Shown here piece by piece: positions 35,577 to 45,209 of a stretch of 50,552 nt of DNA. A program made the position numbers and the translations under genes. The first letter of the stretch is position 1, and every line of letters begins with the position of its first letter. The DNA is taken from assembly GCA_045106895.1 (NCBI GenBank), contig JBGCFM010000096.1, positions 1-50,552 of the forward strand, in the 5' to 3' direction. The stretch comes from Polyangiales bacterium. GTDB lineage: Bacteria; Myxococcota_A; Polyangia; Polyangiales; Houyiibacteriaceae. A model generated the notes under the pieces. That model searched no databases and had not been told where the DNA came from. It saw only the letters and a list, made by a program, of their open reading frames with translations.

Positions 35577-37454
35577 GTGGCCCGATTTATCGACGAACTG
35601 AAGCGAACACACAACTGCGGCGAGCTGAGGCTGGCTAATGACGGCGAAGAGGTTGTCCTCTTTGGCTGGGTGGACGATAGGCGCGATTTCGGCGGAGTTG
35701 TGTTCATCACGCTCCGTGACCGCGAAGGCATCACCCAGCTCGTCTTTGACGCCAACGAAGTCCCTGGACCCGTGGCCGAGGCAGAGCGCGCGCGCACCGA
35801 GTGGGTCATCGCCGTCCGCGGCATCGTTCGTGACCGCGGCCAGAAGGACGACGGCACGACGCTTCGCAACAAGAAGATGGCGACCGGCGAGATCGAAGTC
35901 ATCGCCCACGAGATGCATGTCTTCAACGAGTCGAAGACGCCTCCCTTCCTCATCGCTGACGACGTCGACACGAGCGAAGAGAAGCGACTTGAGCACCGCT
36001 ACCTCGACCTGCGTCGCCCGCAGCTCCAGAAGAACTTGATCAGGCGTTCGCGCATGAACGCGGCGGTCCGCTCTTACCTTCATGGCCACGGCTTCCTCGA
36101 GGTAGAGACGCCGTACCTCGTGAAATACACGCCCGGCGGCGCACGAAACTTCCTCGTGCCAGCGCGCGTTTACCCCGGGCACTACTACGCCCTCGCCGAG
36201 AGCCCGCAGCTCTTCAAGCAGCTGCTCATGGTCGGCGGCTACGACAAGTACTTCCAGATTGTCCGCTGCTTCCGCGACGAGTCCCTTCGCGTGGACCGTC
36301 AGCCGGAGTTCACGCAGATCGACATCGAGATGTCGTTCATCAACCAGGACGACCTCTTCACCAAGATCGAAGGGCTCATGTTTGAGCTCTTCAAGGTCGC
36401 CGGCGTCGACCTCTCGGAGCGCTACAAGGACGGGAAGTTCCCGCGCCTCGACTTCTACGAGTCCATGCGCCGCTTTGGCAACGACAAGCCCGACATGCGC
36501 TTCGGCATGGAGCACACGGAGCTGACGGAGCTCGTTGTCGAGCACGACGGCGGCGGCATCTCCTTCCTCGCGGACATCGCCGCGAAGTTCAAGGACGGCA
36601 CCTACCGCAAGGACCTTCCTGAAGAAATCGTCAAGGCGATGGTCGTGCCCGCTGAGCACGCCATGAGCCGCAAGAAGGTCGACGAGCTCGAGAAGCTCTG
36701 CAAGCAGATGGGCAGCAAGGGCCTCGCTCGCGCCAAGGTCGCCGAAGACGGTAGCTGGACGCAGAGCCCCTTCGCCAAGTCCATCACCGACGAGATGCGC
36801 CTCGCCATCAACGAAGCCGTCGGCGCAAAAGCCGGCGACCTCATCCTCATGCAGTTCGGACCGGAAGCCCGCGTTCAGACCGTCATGGCGAACCTTCGAC
36901 TTCACCTCGGCAAGCAGCTCGGGCTCATCCCCGAGATTGGAACCGACGGAGACTGGAACCTCCTCTGGGTCATCAACCCGCCGCTCTTTGAGCGCGAGGA
37001 CGACGGCAGCTGGGCCGCCGCTCACCACGTGTTCACGCGGCCCCACGACGGCGACGTCGAGAAGCTGGCGACGGACCCTGGGAAGGTGAACTGCTACCGC
37101 TACGACATCGTGCTGAACGGTTTCGAAATCGGCGGCGGCTCCATTCGCCTGCATGACCCGAAGGTCCAGGCCGAGGTCTTCCGGACCATCGGCCTCAGCG
37201 ACGAAGAGGCGCAGCAGAAGTTCGGCTTCTTGCTCAACGCTCTCAGCTACGGCGCGCCACCCCACGGCGGCATCGCTCTGGGCATGGACCGCATCAACAT
37301 GCTGGTCAGCGGCACGGAGTCCATTCGTGACGTCATCGCCTTCCCGAAGAGCACCCGCGGCAACGACCTGATGACCGGCGCGCCGGACAAGGTGGAAGCC
37401 GACCAGCTCGCTGAAGTCCATGTGAAGGCGATCCTCCCCAAAGAAGACGCGTAG
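35577..37454 (+). CDS. aspS: Aspartate--tRNA ligase
   Basis: RTHNCGELR, RYLDLRR, YALAESPQLFKQLLM, FRDE...DRQPEFTQ, GGGSIR, GAPPHGGIALGMDR, IRDVIAFPK. Start GTG 35577. Confidence 0.97.
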   Translation: MARFIDELKRTHNCGELRLANDGEEVVLFGWVDDRRDFGGVVFITLRDREGITQLVFDANEVPGPVAEAERARTEWVIAVRGIVRDRGQKDDGTTLRNKKMATGEIEVIAHEMHVFNESKTPPFLIADDVDTSEEKRLEHRYLDLRRPQLQKNLIRRSRMNAAVRSYLHGHGFLEVETPYLVKYTPGGARNFLVPARVYPGHYYALAESPQLFKQLLMVGGYDKYFQIVRCFRDESLRVDRQPEFTQIDIEMSFINQDDLFTKIEGLMFELFKVAGVDLSERYKDGKFPRLDFYESMRRFGNDKPDMRFGMEHTELTELVVEHDGGGISFLADIAAKFKDGTYRKDLPEEIVKAMVVPAEHAMSRKKVDELEKLCKQMGSKGLARAKVAEDGSWTQSPFAKSITDEMRLAINEAVGAKAGDLILMQFGPEARVQTVMANLRLHLGKQLGLIPEIGTDGDWNLLWVINPPLFEREDDGSWAAAHHVFTRPHDGDVEKLATDPGKVNCYRYDIVLNGFEIGGGSIRLHDPKVQAEVFRTIGLSDEEAQQKFGFLLNALSYGAPPHGGIALGMDRINMLVSGTESIRDVIAFPKSTRGNDLMTGAPDKVEADQLAEVHVKAILPKEDA

Positions 37455-37466
37455 CGCTTCCCGCGG

Positions 37467-37703
37467 ATGAGAGACCCAGACAGAATCCCGGAAATACTCG
37501 GGGTGTTAAACCAGCTGTGGTCCAAGGACCCTGACCTTCGCTTCAATCAGTTGCTCTACAACCTTCAAAGCCAGTTTGCTGGCGAGAACGAGGGCAGGGG
37601 ACGGATCAAAGAAGCGAGGGAAGATGGGTCTGCGCGAGTCGGCTTCGATCTGTTTAGCCTCGAAGACGAAGAGTTTCTCCGCTTCCTGCGATCGAAGGTC
37701 TAG
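37467..37703 (+). CDS. Small YihD/DUF1040-like protein
   Basis: MRDPDRIPEILGVLNQLWSKDPDLRFNQLL...LEDE. Confidence 0.65.
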   Translation: MRDPDRIPEILGVLNQLWSKDPDLRFNQLLYNLQSQFAGENEGRGRIKEAREDGSARVGFDLFSLEDEEFLRFLRSKV

Positions 37704-37775
37704 CCACGCTCTTGAGGCGCGCGAGGCGAGTGGCCAGCAAGGACGCCATGGTAGCGCAGCATGTGAAGGTTCAAC
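37700..37775 (-). pseudogene. Possible tiny remnant of an IS91-family transposase
   Basis: The minus frame reads LNLHMLRYHGVLAGHS, resembling the IS91/Y2 transposase C-terminal H(L/M)xRYHGV(L/F)A motif. No intact ORF. Confidence 0.35.
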
Positions 37776-38044
37776 GTCCGACGCAGCAGCTCTTGTGTGA
37801 GCCCGCGCCTCTTCAGCCTCCGCCGTCACCCTCACGCCATGCATGGGCCTATCTACTCCAGCGCGTCTTCGCCATATCGACATCATGACGTGACATGGGT
37901 TCCGTCTAGCCGCCCTCCAGAGCTCTTATGAGTGGGTCCGAACGACAATGTCGACGAGCGAGGCAAGCACGACAAGCCGTCAACGCGGGGGTTCATAAAC
38001 TCCGTCCCTCTGACGTTGAGAAGGGCCTAATCTGTCGCTTCCCC

Positions 38045-41000
38045 ATGACCTCTCCCCAGCCAACGTCGGCACCCGCCGCACGCTATGAGCTTCGTGACGC
38101 CCTCGGCACGGGGGCGATGGGCGAAGTTGTTCGCGCATACGACCGCGTTCGCGGACACGAGGTCGCTCTCAAGTATTTGCTCCGCGCCGACGACCCTCAT
38201 TGGCTCTTACTCTTCAAACAAGAGTACCGACTCCTCGCGGACCTCGTTCACCCGAACGTCGTCTCCCTCTATGAGCTCAAGGCCGTCGAAGAGGGTCGTT
38301 GGGTCATCGCGATGGAACTCATCGAAGGAGCGCGCACGTTCCTCGACTTCGTACGTCCCTTTAAGCATCTAAAAACGTTGGACATGAACCCGTCGACGGC
38401 CTTTGGAACAAACGGATCCGCTTTCCTTGCAGAGCACGATGCAACGCGGACGACGAGCATGGGGGGGGGCAACCGCGATGACAACACCCCCACGCGAGAG
38501 CCCACCAACTCCGCTCTGATAGAAGCCAAACTACTGCCTCAAAGACTGACGGAGGCCGTCACGCAAATGGTACGAGGTCTCGACGCGGTGCACCGCCGAG
38601 GCCTCTTGCATCGCGATGTCAAACCCTCCAACGTGCTCGTCGATGGTGTGGGGCGCGTCGTCGTCTGCGACTTCGGCCTAGTCACTACCTCGGACACCTC
38701 CGAAAAGAGTTTTCTCGGAACTCCTGCGTACGCCGCACCGGAACAGCTCCTTGGCACGCCTTCGGCGGAATCCGATTTCTACGGATTGGGCGTCATGATC
38801 TACCAGGCGTTCACTGGGCGCCTTCCGATCTGGCCGACGAAGCAATCCGAATGGCTCGTCGCCAAACAAACGCATCCCATAGCCCCCATCGACAGCGACC
38901 ATCCACTCGCAGACCTTGCGCTGAGACTACTCCACCCTGATCCCGAACACCGGCCAAGCGTCGCCGCGATCAAGGACACACTCAAGTCATATCAGCGCAG
39001 GAGTGTGGGCATCTCTTCCGCTCCCGATCCTGAAACGGACACGCCCTTCGTCGGACGCGAAGCGGAGCTGACGACGCTCGGGACCGCGCTGGGGGATGCG
39101 CGAACCATGGGACCGGTTCAAGTCGACATTCGGGCGGCCTCTGGCACCGGAAAGTCGGCCCTTGTGGCCGCCTTCGTCAAAAAGGCCCAAGCGGAAGCCG
39201 GCGCCGTCGTGCTCAAAGGAAGATGTTACGAATCCGAGAGCGTTCCCTTCAAAGCCCTCGACTCCCTCATCGACTCCCTCTACCTTCATCTTCAGAAAAG
39301 AGAACGCCAGGCCCGCGTACCCGCGGCGCCGCCGGGACTGAGCGCCTTGGCTCAGCTCTTCCCGGTGCTTCGGCAGCTCACTTTCGTTCTCGAAGCGACC
39401 CAGACGGAGACAATACCCAAGCATCTGGTGGTATCGAGCGCCCGAACAGCACTCCTCGAACTCCTCATCACCGTGGCAAGGGACAAGCCCCTCATCGTGG
39501 TCGTCGACGACCTTCAATGGGGGGACGCGGACAGCGCGCCGTTCTTTCGAGCGTGGACCGACGTGCCCCACACCGGCGACCCTGGCTTCTTGGTGGTCAC
39601 CACGCGCCGCTCGGACGTTCATACTCATGAATCCGCCCACGATGTTCAGCAGTTGGGCGCCCGGCACCGGACCATTGATCTCGCCCCGCTCACTTCCGAC
39701 GAAGCCGTCGAGCTCGCAAGATCCGTTGTTCCGCTGGCGGCAAGCGAACTAGATGCCCTCGTCCAACAATCGGGCGGCTACCCGATGTTCGTCCTCGAAC
39801 TTGCCCGAGCCGCTAGCAAGCTCGGGCTCGAGAACATCAGTGGTGCCAACGCGCCCGACCTCGACGCGCTCATTGTGCTTCGGGCGCAGCAGCTCCCGGA
39901 CAACGCTCGACGCCTTCTAGAGGGAGCGTCCCTCGTGGCCGAGCCCCAACCGCTCTCCCTCCTCGCCCGGGCGATGAGGGTTCGGAACGAAGCCGGCGCC
40001 CTCGCGGAACTCCGAGCGGCACGAATGATCCGTATTCTGCCTCATCGCGACGGCGAACGCGTAGCGACGTACCATGACCGCGTTCGTGAGTCCGTCATCG
40101 CCAAGCTTGAACCAAAGCGAAAAAAGCAGCTCCATCAACGCATCGCCAGGGCCCTTCAGCGGGCCCCTCGCCCGGACTCCGAATCGCTCATGGCCCACTG
40201 GGCCGCCGCCGGCGACTTGGTGCGCGCGACTTCCTACGCGCTGAGCGCCGCCAGGTCCGCCGCCGCCGTCGGGGCCTTTCATCGTGCCGCCGAGCTGTAT
40301 GAAAAGACACTCTCCTGGGAGACACTCGAAGGCGACGAGCGGTATCCCGTGATGCGGGAATGGGCGAACACACGCGTATCTGCCGGACAACCAAGCGGGG
40401 CGGCGAAAATCTATCTGGAGCTCGCGAGCGTTTCGCCGGAGGCGGAAGCGGATGAGCTGCGCGGCCAGGCGCTCACGGCGTTCATGCGGGCGTCCGATCT
40501 CACGGCGGCTCTCAACCTCATCGAGTCCAAGGCCGTCGCGAAGAGCCGCGTCCCCAGCTCAAAGCTAACGGCAACGCTCGGGATCATTCGGGATCGCGCA
40601 TTTGTATCCAGACACCTTCCTTGGAAGAAGCCGTTCACCATTCATCTCGAAGTCGACGACGAAGTTCGAAACGCAGTCACCAAGCTATCGAATCTGTCTG
40701 CGGCGGTGGGCTACATAGACAGCCTCCGTGGGTACGCGATGCACTCGAAACTACTCCGGGAAGTCATTCACGTCGGCGATCCGCAGCTCCTCGCGGCGGC
40801 GGCGAGCGTCGAAGCTATCTACATCGGTTCCATGAAGGGTGCCGCGGGGAAGAAGGAAGTCGATGCTTGGCTAAAGGAAGCTCGGCGGGCCACTCGCTCC
40901 ATGCCGTCGGAGGGTCCTCTCCACTCGGTCCGCCGGACCGCCTACGAAGGTTTCATCGATGGGGCGGAGGGTATGGTGCTCTTCTGCAGTGGCGATCGTA

Positions 41001-41860
41001 TGATCGATGCGGGCAACCTTATGGAGACGGGCGGACGCCAACAGGTCCGCGTTCCTGAGCACGCCGTCAACGGACTGCAGCTGCAGGCGTACGGCCTCAA
41101 TTCGTGCGTTCTCGGCGGCTCTCTCCGCTCCGCCGACGAGCGGTACAAAGCCCTCCTTCGTACCGCCGAAGAGGAGGGAAACGAAGAAGCCAGAAACCTC
41201 GTTCTTCGCCAAGTTGCCCCCTTACTTCTCTGTGCGCAAGATCGGAGTGCGCGGGCGCATCAGATCGTCGAGGAGAACCCACCGGACGCGAGTATCTTCA
41301 CCCTCACCGTGTGGTGGTACGAGTTCGGACGGGCCTTCATCGAGGAGTACGATGGAAACCTGGCCGGCGCGGCGAAGCTCTACGATGAGCTCGTCGAACG
41401 ATATCGCGCAAGTTCACTCGTCTCGATCAAGGCTCCTCTATGCAACTCGTTAGAGGGCCTTTCCAGGACCTCTGCGGCGATGGCGATCCGTGGGGGCGTC
41501 GATGGATCCGCTCACCGAAAGCGCGCTCATTGGTCGCTGCGCCAACTGAAGAAGCTCAAGTCGGCACTTCCGTTGCTCGCGCGGGGCGGGGCGAGTCAAT
41601 GTCTCGCGATCCTCGCTGCCGGCGATGGACATCGTGAGGCGGCGATAAAGCACCTCAGAGCCACTGTGGAGTCCTGGTCTCAGGCCCAGTACTTCCTCAG
41701 CGCGATGCCCGCCCAGCTTCAACTTGGCAGACTCATCGGAGGCGACGAAGGTGCGACTCTGATCGAGGAAGTAGAAGCTTGGGCGCAGCGAGAAGGCATC
41801 GGGTCGCTGGAGCAATTGACGGCGGCACGCTCACCGGTTCTGGATGAGCAAGCTCGCTAG
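38045..41860 (+). CDS. Ser/Thr kinase fused to AAA_16-type P-loop ATPase and helical/TPR-like C-terminus
   Basis: GTGAMG, VALK, HRDVKPSN, DFG, GTPAYAAPEQ; FVGREAEL, ASGTGKS, VVVDDLQWGD, GYPMFVLEL, YHDRVRE. Start ATG 38045. Confidence 0.9.
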   Translation: MTSPQPTSAPAARYELRDALGTGAMGEVVRAYDRVRGHEVALKYLLRADDPHWLLLFKQEYRLLADLVHPNVVSLYELKAVEEGRWVIAMELIEGARTFLDFVRPFKHLKTLDMNPSTAFGTNGSAFLAEHDATRTTSMGGGNRDDNTPTREPTNSALIEAKLLPQRLTEAVTQMVRGLDAVHRRGLLHRDVKPSNVLVDGVGRVVVCDFGLVTTSDTSEKSFLGTPAYAAPEQLLGTPSAESDFYGLGVMIYQAFTGRLPIWPTKQSEWLVAKQTHPIAPIDSDHPLADLALRLLHPDPEHRPSVAAIKDTLKSYQRRSVGISSAPDPETDTPFVGREAELTTLGTALGDARTMGPVQVDIRAASGTGKSALVAAFVKKAQAEAGAVVLKGRCYESESVPFKALDSLIDSLYLHLQKRERQARVPAAPPGLSALAQLFPVLRQLTFVLEATQTETIPKHLVVSSARTALLELLITVARDKPLIVVVDDLQWGDADSAPFFRAWTDVPHTGDPGFLVVTTRRSDVHTHESAHDVQQLGARHRTIDLAPLTSDEAVELARSVVPLAASELDALVQQSGGYPMFVLELARAASKLGLENISGANAPDLDALIVLRAQQLPDNARRLLEGASLVAEPQPLSLLARAMRVRNEAGALAELRAARMIRILPHRDGERVATYHDRVRESVIAKLEPKRKKQLHQRIARALQRAPRPDSESLMAHWAAAGDLVRATSYALSAARSAAAVGAFHRAAELYEKTLSWETLEGDERYPVMREWANTRVSAGQPSGAAKIYLELASVSPEAEADELRGQALTAFMRASDLTAALNLIESKAVAKSRVPSSKLTATLGIIRDRAFVSRHLPWKKPFTIHLEVDDEVRNAVTKLSNLSAAVGYIDSLRGYAMHSKLLREVIHVGDPQLLAAAASVEAIYIGSMKGAAGKKEVDAWLKEARRATRSMPSEGPLHSVRRTAYEGFIDGAEGMVLFCSGDRMIDAGNLMETGGRQQVRVPEHAVNGLQLQAYGLNSCVLGGSLRSADERYKALLRTAEEEGNEEARNLVLRQVAPLLLCAQDRSARAHQIVEENPPDASIFTLTVWWYEFGRAFIEEYDGNLAGAAKLYDELVERYRASSLVSIKAPLCNSLEGLSRTSAAMAIRGGVDGSAHRKRAHWSLRQLKKLKSALPLLARGGASQCLAILAAGDGHREAAIKHLRATVESWSQAQYFLSAMPAQLQLGRLIGGDEGATLIEEVEAWAQREGIGSLEQLTAARSPVLDEQAR

Positions 41861-42378
41861 ACCATTCGCACCCGCGATGCTTCCGATGCGTATCGAGAAA
41901 CAGCCTCCGGCAAAAGGAAGAACAACTCGACTTCACCGAATCGTATTCGGGCCTGGTCAGGAAGGACGATGGGCGTCTTTGGCACCAAGCGTTCTCCATC
42001 GAGGAACGTTCCGTTCTTCGAACTGGCATCGGAAAGCTGCCACCCGCCTTCGCGTGCCACGAAGAACGCATGATACTTCGAGATCGAGGGGTGCACGATG
42101 CGGAGGTCCACATTGGCCGTTCGCCCGAGGCCGATCTGACGGGGAAACAAGCCCCCCGGCCGCTTCTTGAGGGAAAGGACCTCACATCCGGGGCGTAGCG
42201 CCGAGATCTCCTCGGAGAGACGCCGAAAGCTCCCTCCGCTCTGCCGATGAGACACCTCCGTTCGAAACGCACCCCTAGCTCCACAGCCCAAGTCCATGGG
42301 CCGAATGAGAAGCGGCTCGGCGGCGGGGGTCGCAATCTCCTCCGCGACCCAGAGACTGACTTGGGACTCTTGTGTCAT
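41857..42378 (-). CDS. FHA domain protein
   Basis: LGRTAN.D, SISKYHA, DASSKNGTFLDG, IRFG. ATG 42378 is preferred, with an AT-rich region upstream. Confidence 0.85.
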   Translation of the reverse strand: MTQESQVSLWVAEEIATPAAEPLLIRPMDLGCGARGAFRTEVSHRQSGGSFRRLSEEISALRPGCEVLSLKKRPGGLFPRQIGLGRTANVDLRIVHPSISKYHAFFVAREGGWQLSDASSKNGTFLDGERLVPKTPIVLPDQARIRFGEVELFFLLPEAVSRYASEASRVRMV

Positions 42379-42460
42379 CGAACTTGGGGGATGGGATGAA
42401 TCTACTTTAGAAGAACTTTGAGAGACCAACGACTCCAAAGCGGGTTTCTTTAGTGGCGCG

Positions 42461-42720
42461 CCCAGTGAGTGCGAGTCCATCGCTGCCAACTTCGTGACCC
42501 TCGGGTCCGCGAACTCGGACCTCGCGGACCCTGAACTCAGCGCGGCCTGCGACGGAGACGACGTCGTCGTCAGCTCCAACTCGATTCCGGACTTTCCCTA
42601 CATCGAGACATCTCCAGGCCTTCCGGCCGCAACGGACGCGGAGTACCGCGTCCCATCGAACCCAGCGGTCGCGGCCGAAACATCGGAGGTTCCGCTTCTT
42701 GGGGCGCTCGGCGTGGCCGG
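42461..42720 (+). pseudogene. Fragment of a YHYH-domain-type protein
   Basis: C.GD.VVVSSNSIPDF...YRVPSNP.VA...VPLLGALGVA, stopping before the expected NG-x-P and YHYH motifs. No plausible start or signal peptide. Confidence 0.55.
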
Positions 42721-42738
42721 TGGTGCCAGTGGGGACTC

Positions 42739-43245
42739 CTATCCCTTACCGCTTCGACTCCAGTTCCCTACTAACGGGACAATCGTGCCGCGCCCTACGC
42801 GCAGTTCCGCCGACAGCGGAGTTCGCTCTGTGTCGCCGGGGGCCTGAAACCAGCCCTCGAAGAGCACGGAGGCGCGCAAGAGCTCAAACCCGTCTGCTGC
42901 CGCCCCTTCGACGGGGGTGAGCGTCCAGGAGAGCTCACAGTAGGAGGTCCCAGCGGACTGTGCTGCAACAGACGACTCTTCTCCAAGTGCGTTTTCCACC
43001 AGCAGTGGTTCGAGGCGTGTGGAGTCGGACACCCAGCCGTGATCGGCGAAGGCCCGCGATGCAGCGAATAGGTCCATCCACGAGGCTTCGAGCGTCGCTT
43101 CTTGGTCGCAGGGAACAAGCTCCAGCGCGCCGACAGCCACGTAGAGCCGGTCGACACCCACGCGGTAGCCGAGGTTGGTCTCGACGACCCGCGAGCTTCC
43201 ATCGACGCTAGCGTCTTCCAAGTCGAAGTGAAGAGCGAAATTCCG
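42739..43245 (-). pseudogene. Internal fragment of a myxobacterial secreted protein (inverted)
   Basis: FALHFD...VETNLGYRV.VDRLY...LELVPC...AFADHG...YC. Lacks a signal peptide; in-frame TGA just upstream. Confidence 0.5.
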
Positions 43246-43373
43246 TCCGCGTCACTCGCTTCCCGACGCGAGCCTTGGATGATGTTCCGTTCTCCGACAT
43301 GACGGCCGAGGACGCGCTCACGGAGTTTTCCCTTCGGCTCCTCTCGGAGAGTGAAGCGATGTTCGTTCAATGA
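43245..43373 (+). pseudogene. Orphan C-terminal fragment, probably of the same gene
   Basis: The plus frame reads VRVTRFPTRALDDVPFSDMTAEDALTEFSLRLLSESEAMFVQ* with GC-type codon usage but no start. Confidence 0.4.
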
Positions 43374-43449
43374 GCTAGGTCGCTCAGCCCCACGTGGTTT
43401 GGTCGATCCAAGGTGAGCTCTTGGCACATGCCATGCAGAACAAGGATGC

Positions 43450-44109
43450 ATGCCGTTCCTTAAGACCTTCTTCTTCGCCCTCACTCTGACCTTCGTCGCT
43501 CAAAGCGGCTCCGCTCAATACTCCCCTGAGCCCGACGAGCCGACACGGGCTCGAGCGGAAAACCATATTGCCGGTGCTGGGTCGTTTCGACTCAATATCC
43601 AAGGCTACCTCGGTGGCGCTGGACGCAGCACCACCGTCCTGAGCGCGGAAGGGCGAGAGAACGCCGGCATGGCAACCACCTTTGGTCTTCAGGCCCAGGG
43701 TCTCGTTCCTCTCGGCCAATATGCGCTCGTGGGCCCTGCGTTTTCATTGCGCTCACTTCGTGAACGCGGAGCTTCCGATCGTCTAAATGTGTACGGTTTT
43801 GACCTGGCTTTCGGTGCTCACTACGCCGTTGTGCTGTCAGACTCCATCGCCATCGACCCCTACGTGTTGTTCACGATCGGACTCTCCATAGCCGACTCAG
43901 ATCAGAGCGTGCTGAGTGAGGACACTGAATTTGGCGTGGGCTTGGGCATTCGTGCCGGGGCGACGCTTTGGTTCGATCACGCCTTCGGCGCACGCTTTGG
44001 CGTGGGTCACCAGAGCATCCACTTCTGGCCAGAATCCGACGCTGACACACGCGTACGGTTCCGCGAATTCGCCTTCGAGTTCGGTATCTCTATCCGCTTC
44101 GGAACATAG
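43450..44109 (+). CDS. Small outer-membrane beta-barrel protein
   Basis: Signal peptide; alternating hydrophobic strands; C-terminal FEFGISIRF. Confidence 0.75.
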   Translation: MPFLKTFFFALTLTFVAQSGSAQYSPEPDEPTRARAENHIAGAGSFRLNIQGYLGGAGRSTTVLSAEGRENAGMATTFGLQAQGLVPLGQYALVGPAFSLRSLRERGASDRLNVYGFDLAFGAHYAVVLSDSIAIDPYVLFTIGLSIADSDQSVLSEDTEFGVGLGIRAGATLWFDHAFGARFGVGHQSIHFWPESDADTRVRFREFAFEFGISIRFGT

Positions 44110-44178
44110 TCGATACGGCAATTTCTTGCCGGCAACTAGGCGCACTTGCCCCGCTTCATGGACAACCCGTGCCCGTGG

Positions 44179-44733
44179 CTAGCAGCTTCCGCAGGTGATA
44201 CGGCCATCGTCACAGACCGTCGCGTCTGTGTCCGCTGAACCGCATTTGACCTCGCACGTGGCGGTCTCCGCGCATTGAATATCGCAGGATGTTCCCACGC
44301 ACTTGAAGTCGCAGTTCGCGCTGTCCGCGCAGGTCATCGATCCGCCCTCGCCGACCTCAACCTTGCACTCGGAGTTGCCCGAACAAACCGCCACGGCGGG
44401 CCCGTCGGCTTTGAAGTCGCAGTCCGCGCTGCCTTGGCACTCCAAGGTCGCCCCATCGAGGACATTGTGGGCCTTGCAGTCGGAGTCGTCTTCACACGTC
44501 AGTGCAGCAATGCCCTCACCGCCCTGATTGATCTCGCAGCGCGCGTCCGCAGAGCACCGAAGCGGACAGGTCCCTTCGCTTGTGCACTGAGCCATGCAGT
44601 CGGTGACGCACGCGCATTCTGAGGCGCTGCATTCACACTCGCCGGGCCGGCACTCGGGCAAGGCGGCGTCGTCGGCGCACCCTGGCAGAAACGACAAGAC
44701 AAAGATGACAAGGCCAACGATTCGGGTGCTCAT
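44179..44733 (-). CDS. Cys-rich lipoprotein (C-x-x-x-x-x-C beta repeats)
   Basis: FLPGC lipobox; repeated C(xx)(S/D)A(D/N/T)C(E/D)(F/V)(K) units. Confidence 0.75.
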   Translation of the reverse strand: MSTRIVGLVIFVLSFLPGCADDAALPECRPGECECSASECACVTDCMAQCTSEGTCPLRCSADARCEINQGGEGIAALTCEDDSDCKAHNVLDGATLECQGSADCDFKADGPAVAVCSGNSECKVEVGEGGSMTCADSANCDFKCVGTSCDIQCAETATCEVKCGSADTDATVCDDGRITCGSC

Positions 44734-44771
44734 GCCTTAGGGTCTCACGTTTGGGAGAAAGCTGTAATCGC

Positions 44772-45209
44772 TCAGCGTGTGAGCTTGGCGCACCACTCGA
44801 GGTCCCGAGGAGTCCCTCGCGCCCGCATGATCGTAGCGAGGTCTTCGGCGCTCGCCAGTTGTAGCCCCTGCACTTCGTCGCGGCGCGCCCAAGCGTCGGT
44901 CCAGTGCATCGGCGACTCGTAAGTGAGGTCCAAGGTTGGCAAGCTCGCATGACTCCCGCGCAAGTAGATGCGTCCTGGCAACGCCGCCACGTCGAAGGGA
45001 GGCTCCACGGAACGCTCCCAGCTCTTCCATGTGTAACCCTTCGTCATAAGCGCAGCTGCGATGCCGTCGAGGGACGTGAGCGGCGCGACGAAGTCGACGT
45101 CGTTCGGCGCCCGCGTCTCGCCATGAAGGAGACGCAACGCAACGCTCCCGACGAGGAGCGCCGGCGCGCTCTGAGCCACCCACCTCGCGACCTGAAGGTG
45201 CTCACGCAT
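44772..45209 (-). CDS. Minimal nucleotidyltransferase (Pol-beta superfamily)
   Basis: hhGS motif LLVGSVAL followed by R.PNDVDFV (DxD); third acidic residue in LDL; C-terminal EDL..IM..RG.PRD. Confidence 0.75.
   Translation of the reverse strand: MREHLQVARWVAQSAPALLVGSVALRLLHGETRAPNDVDFVAPLTSLDGIAAALMTKGYTWKSWERSVEPPFDVAALPGRIYLRGSHASLPTLDLTYESPMHWTDAWARRDEVQGLQLASAEDLATIMRARGTPRDLEWCAKLTR

Noticed and set aside
35505..37421. 638-aa minus-strand ORF
   Set aside because: Antisense shadow of aspS.
42379..42579. Longer start for the FHA gene
   Set aside because: The extension is low-complexity, crosses an AT-rich promoter-like stretch and overlaps the antisense YHYH-type fragment.
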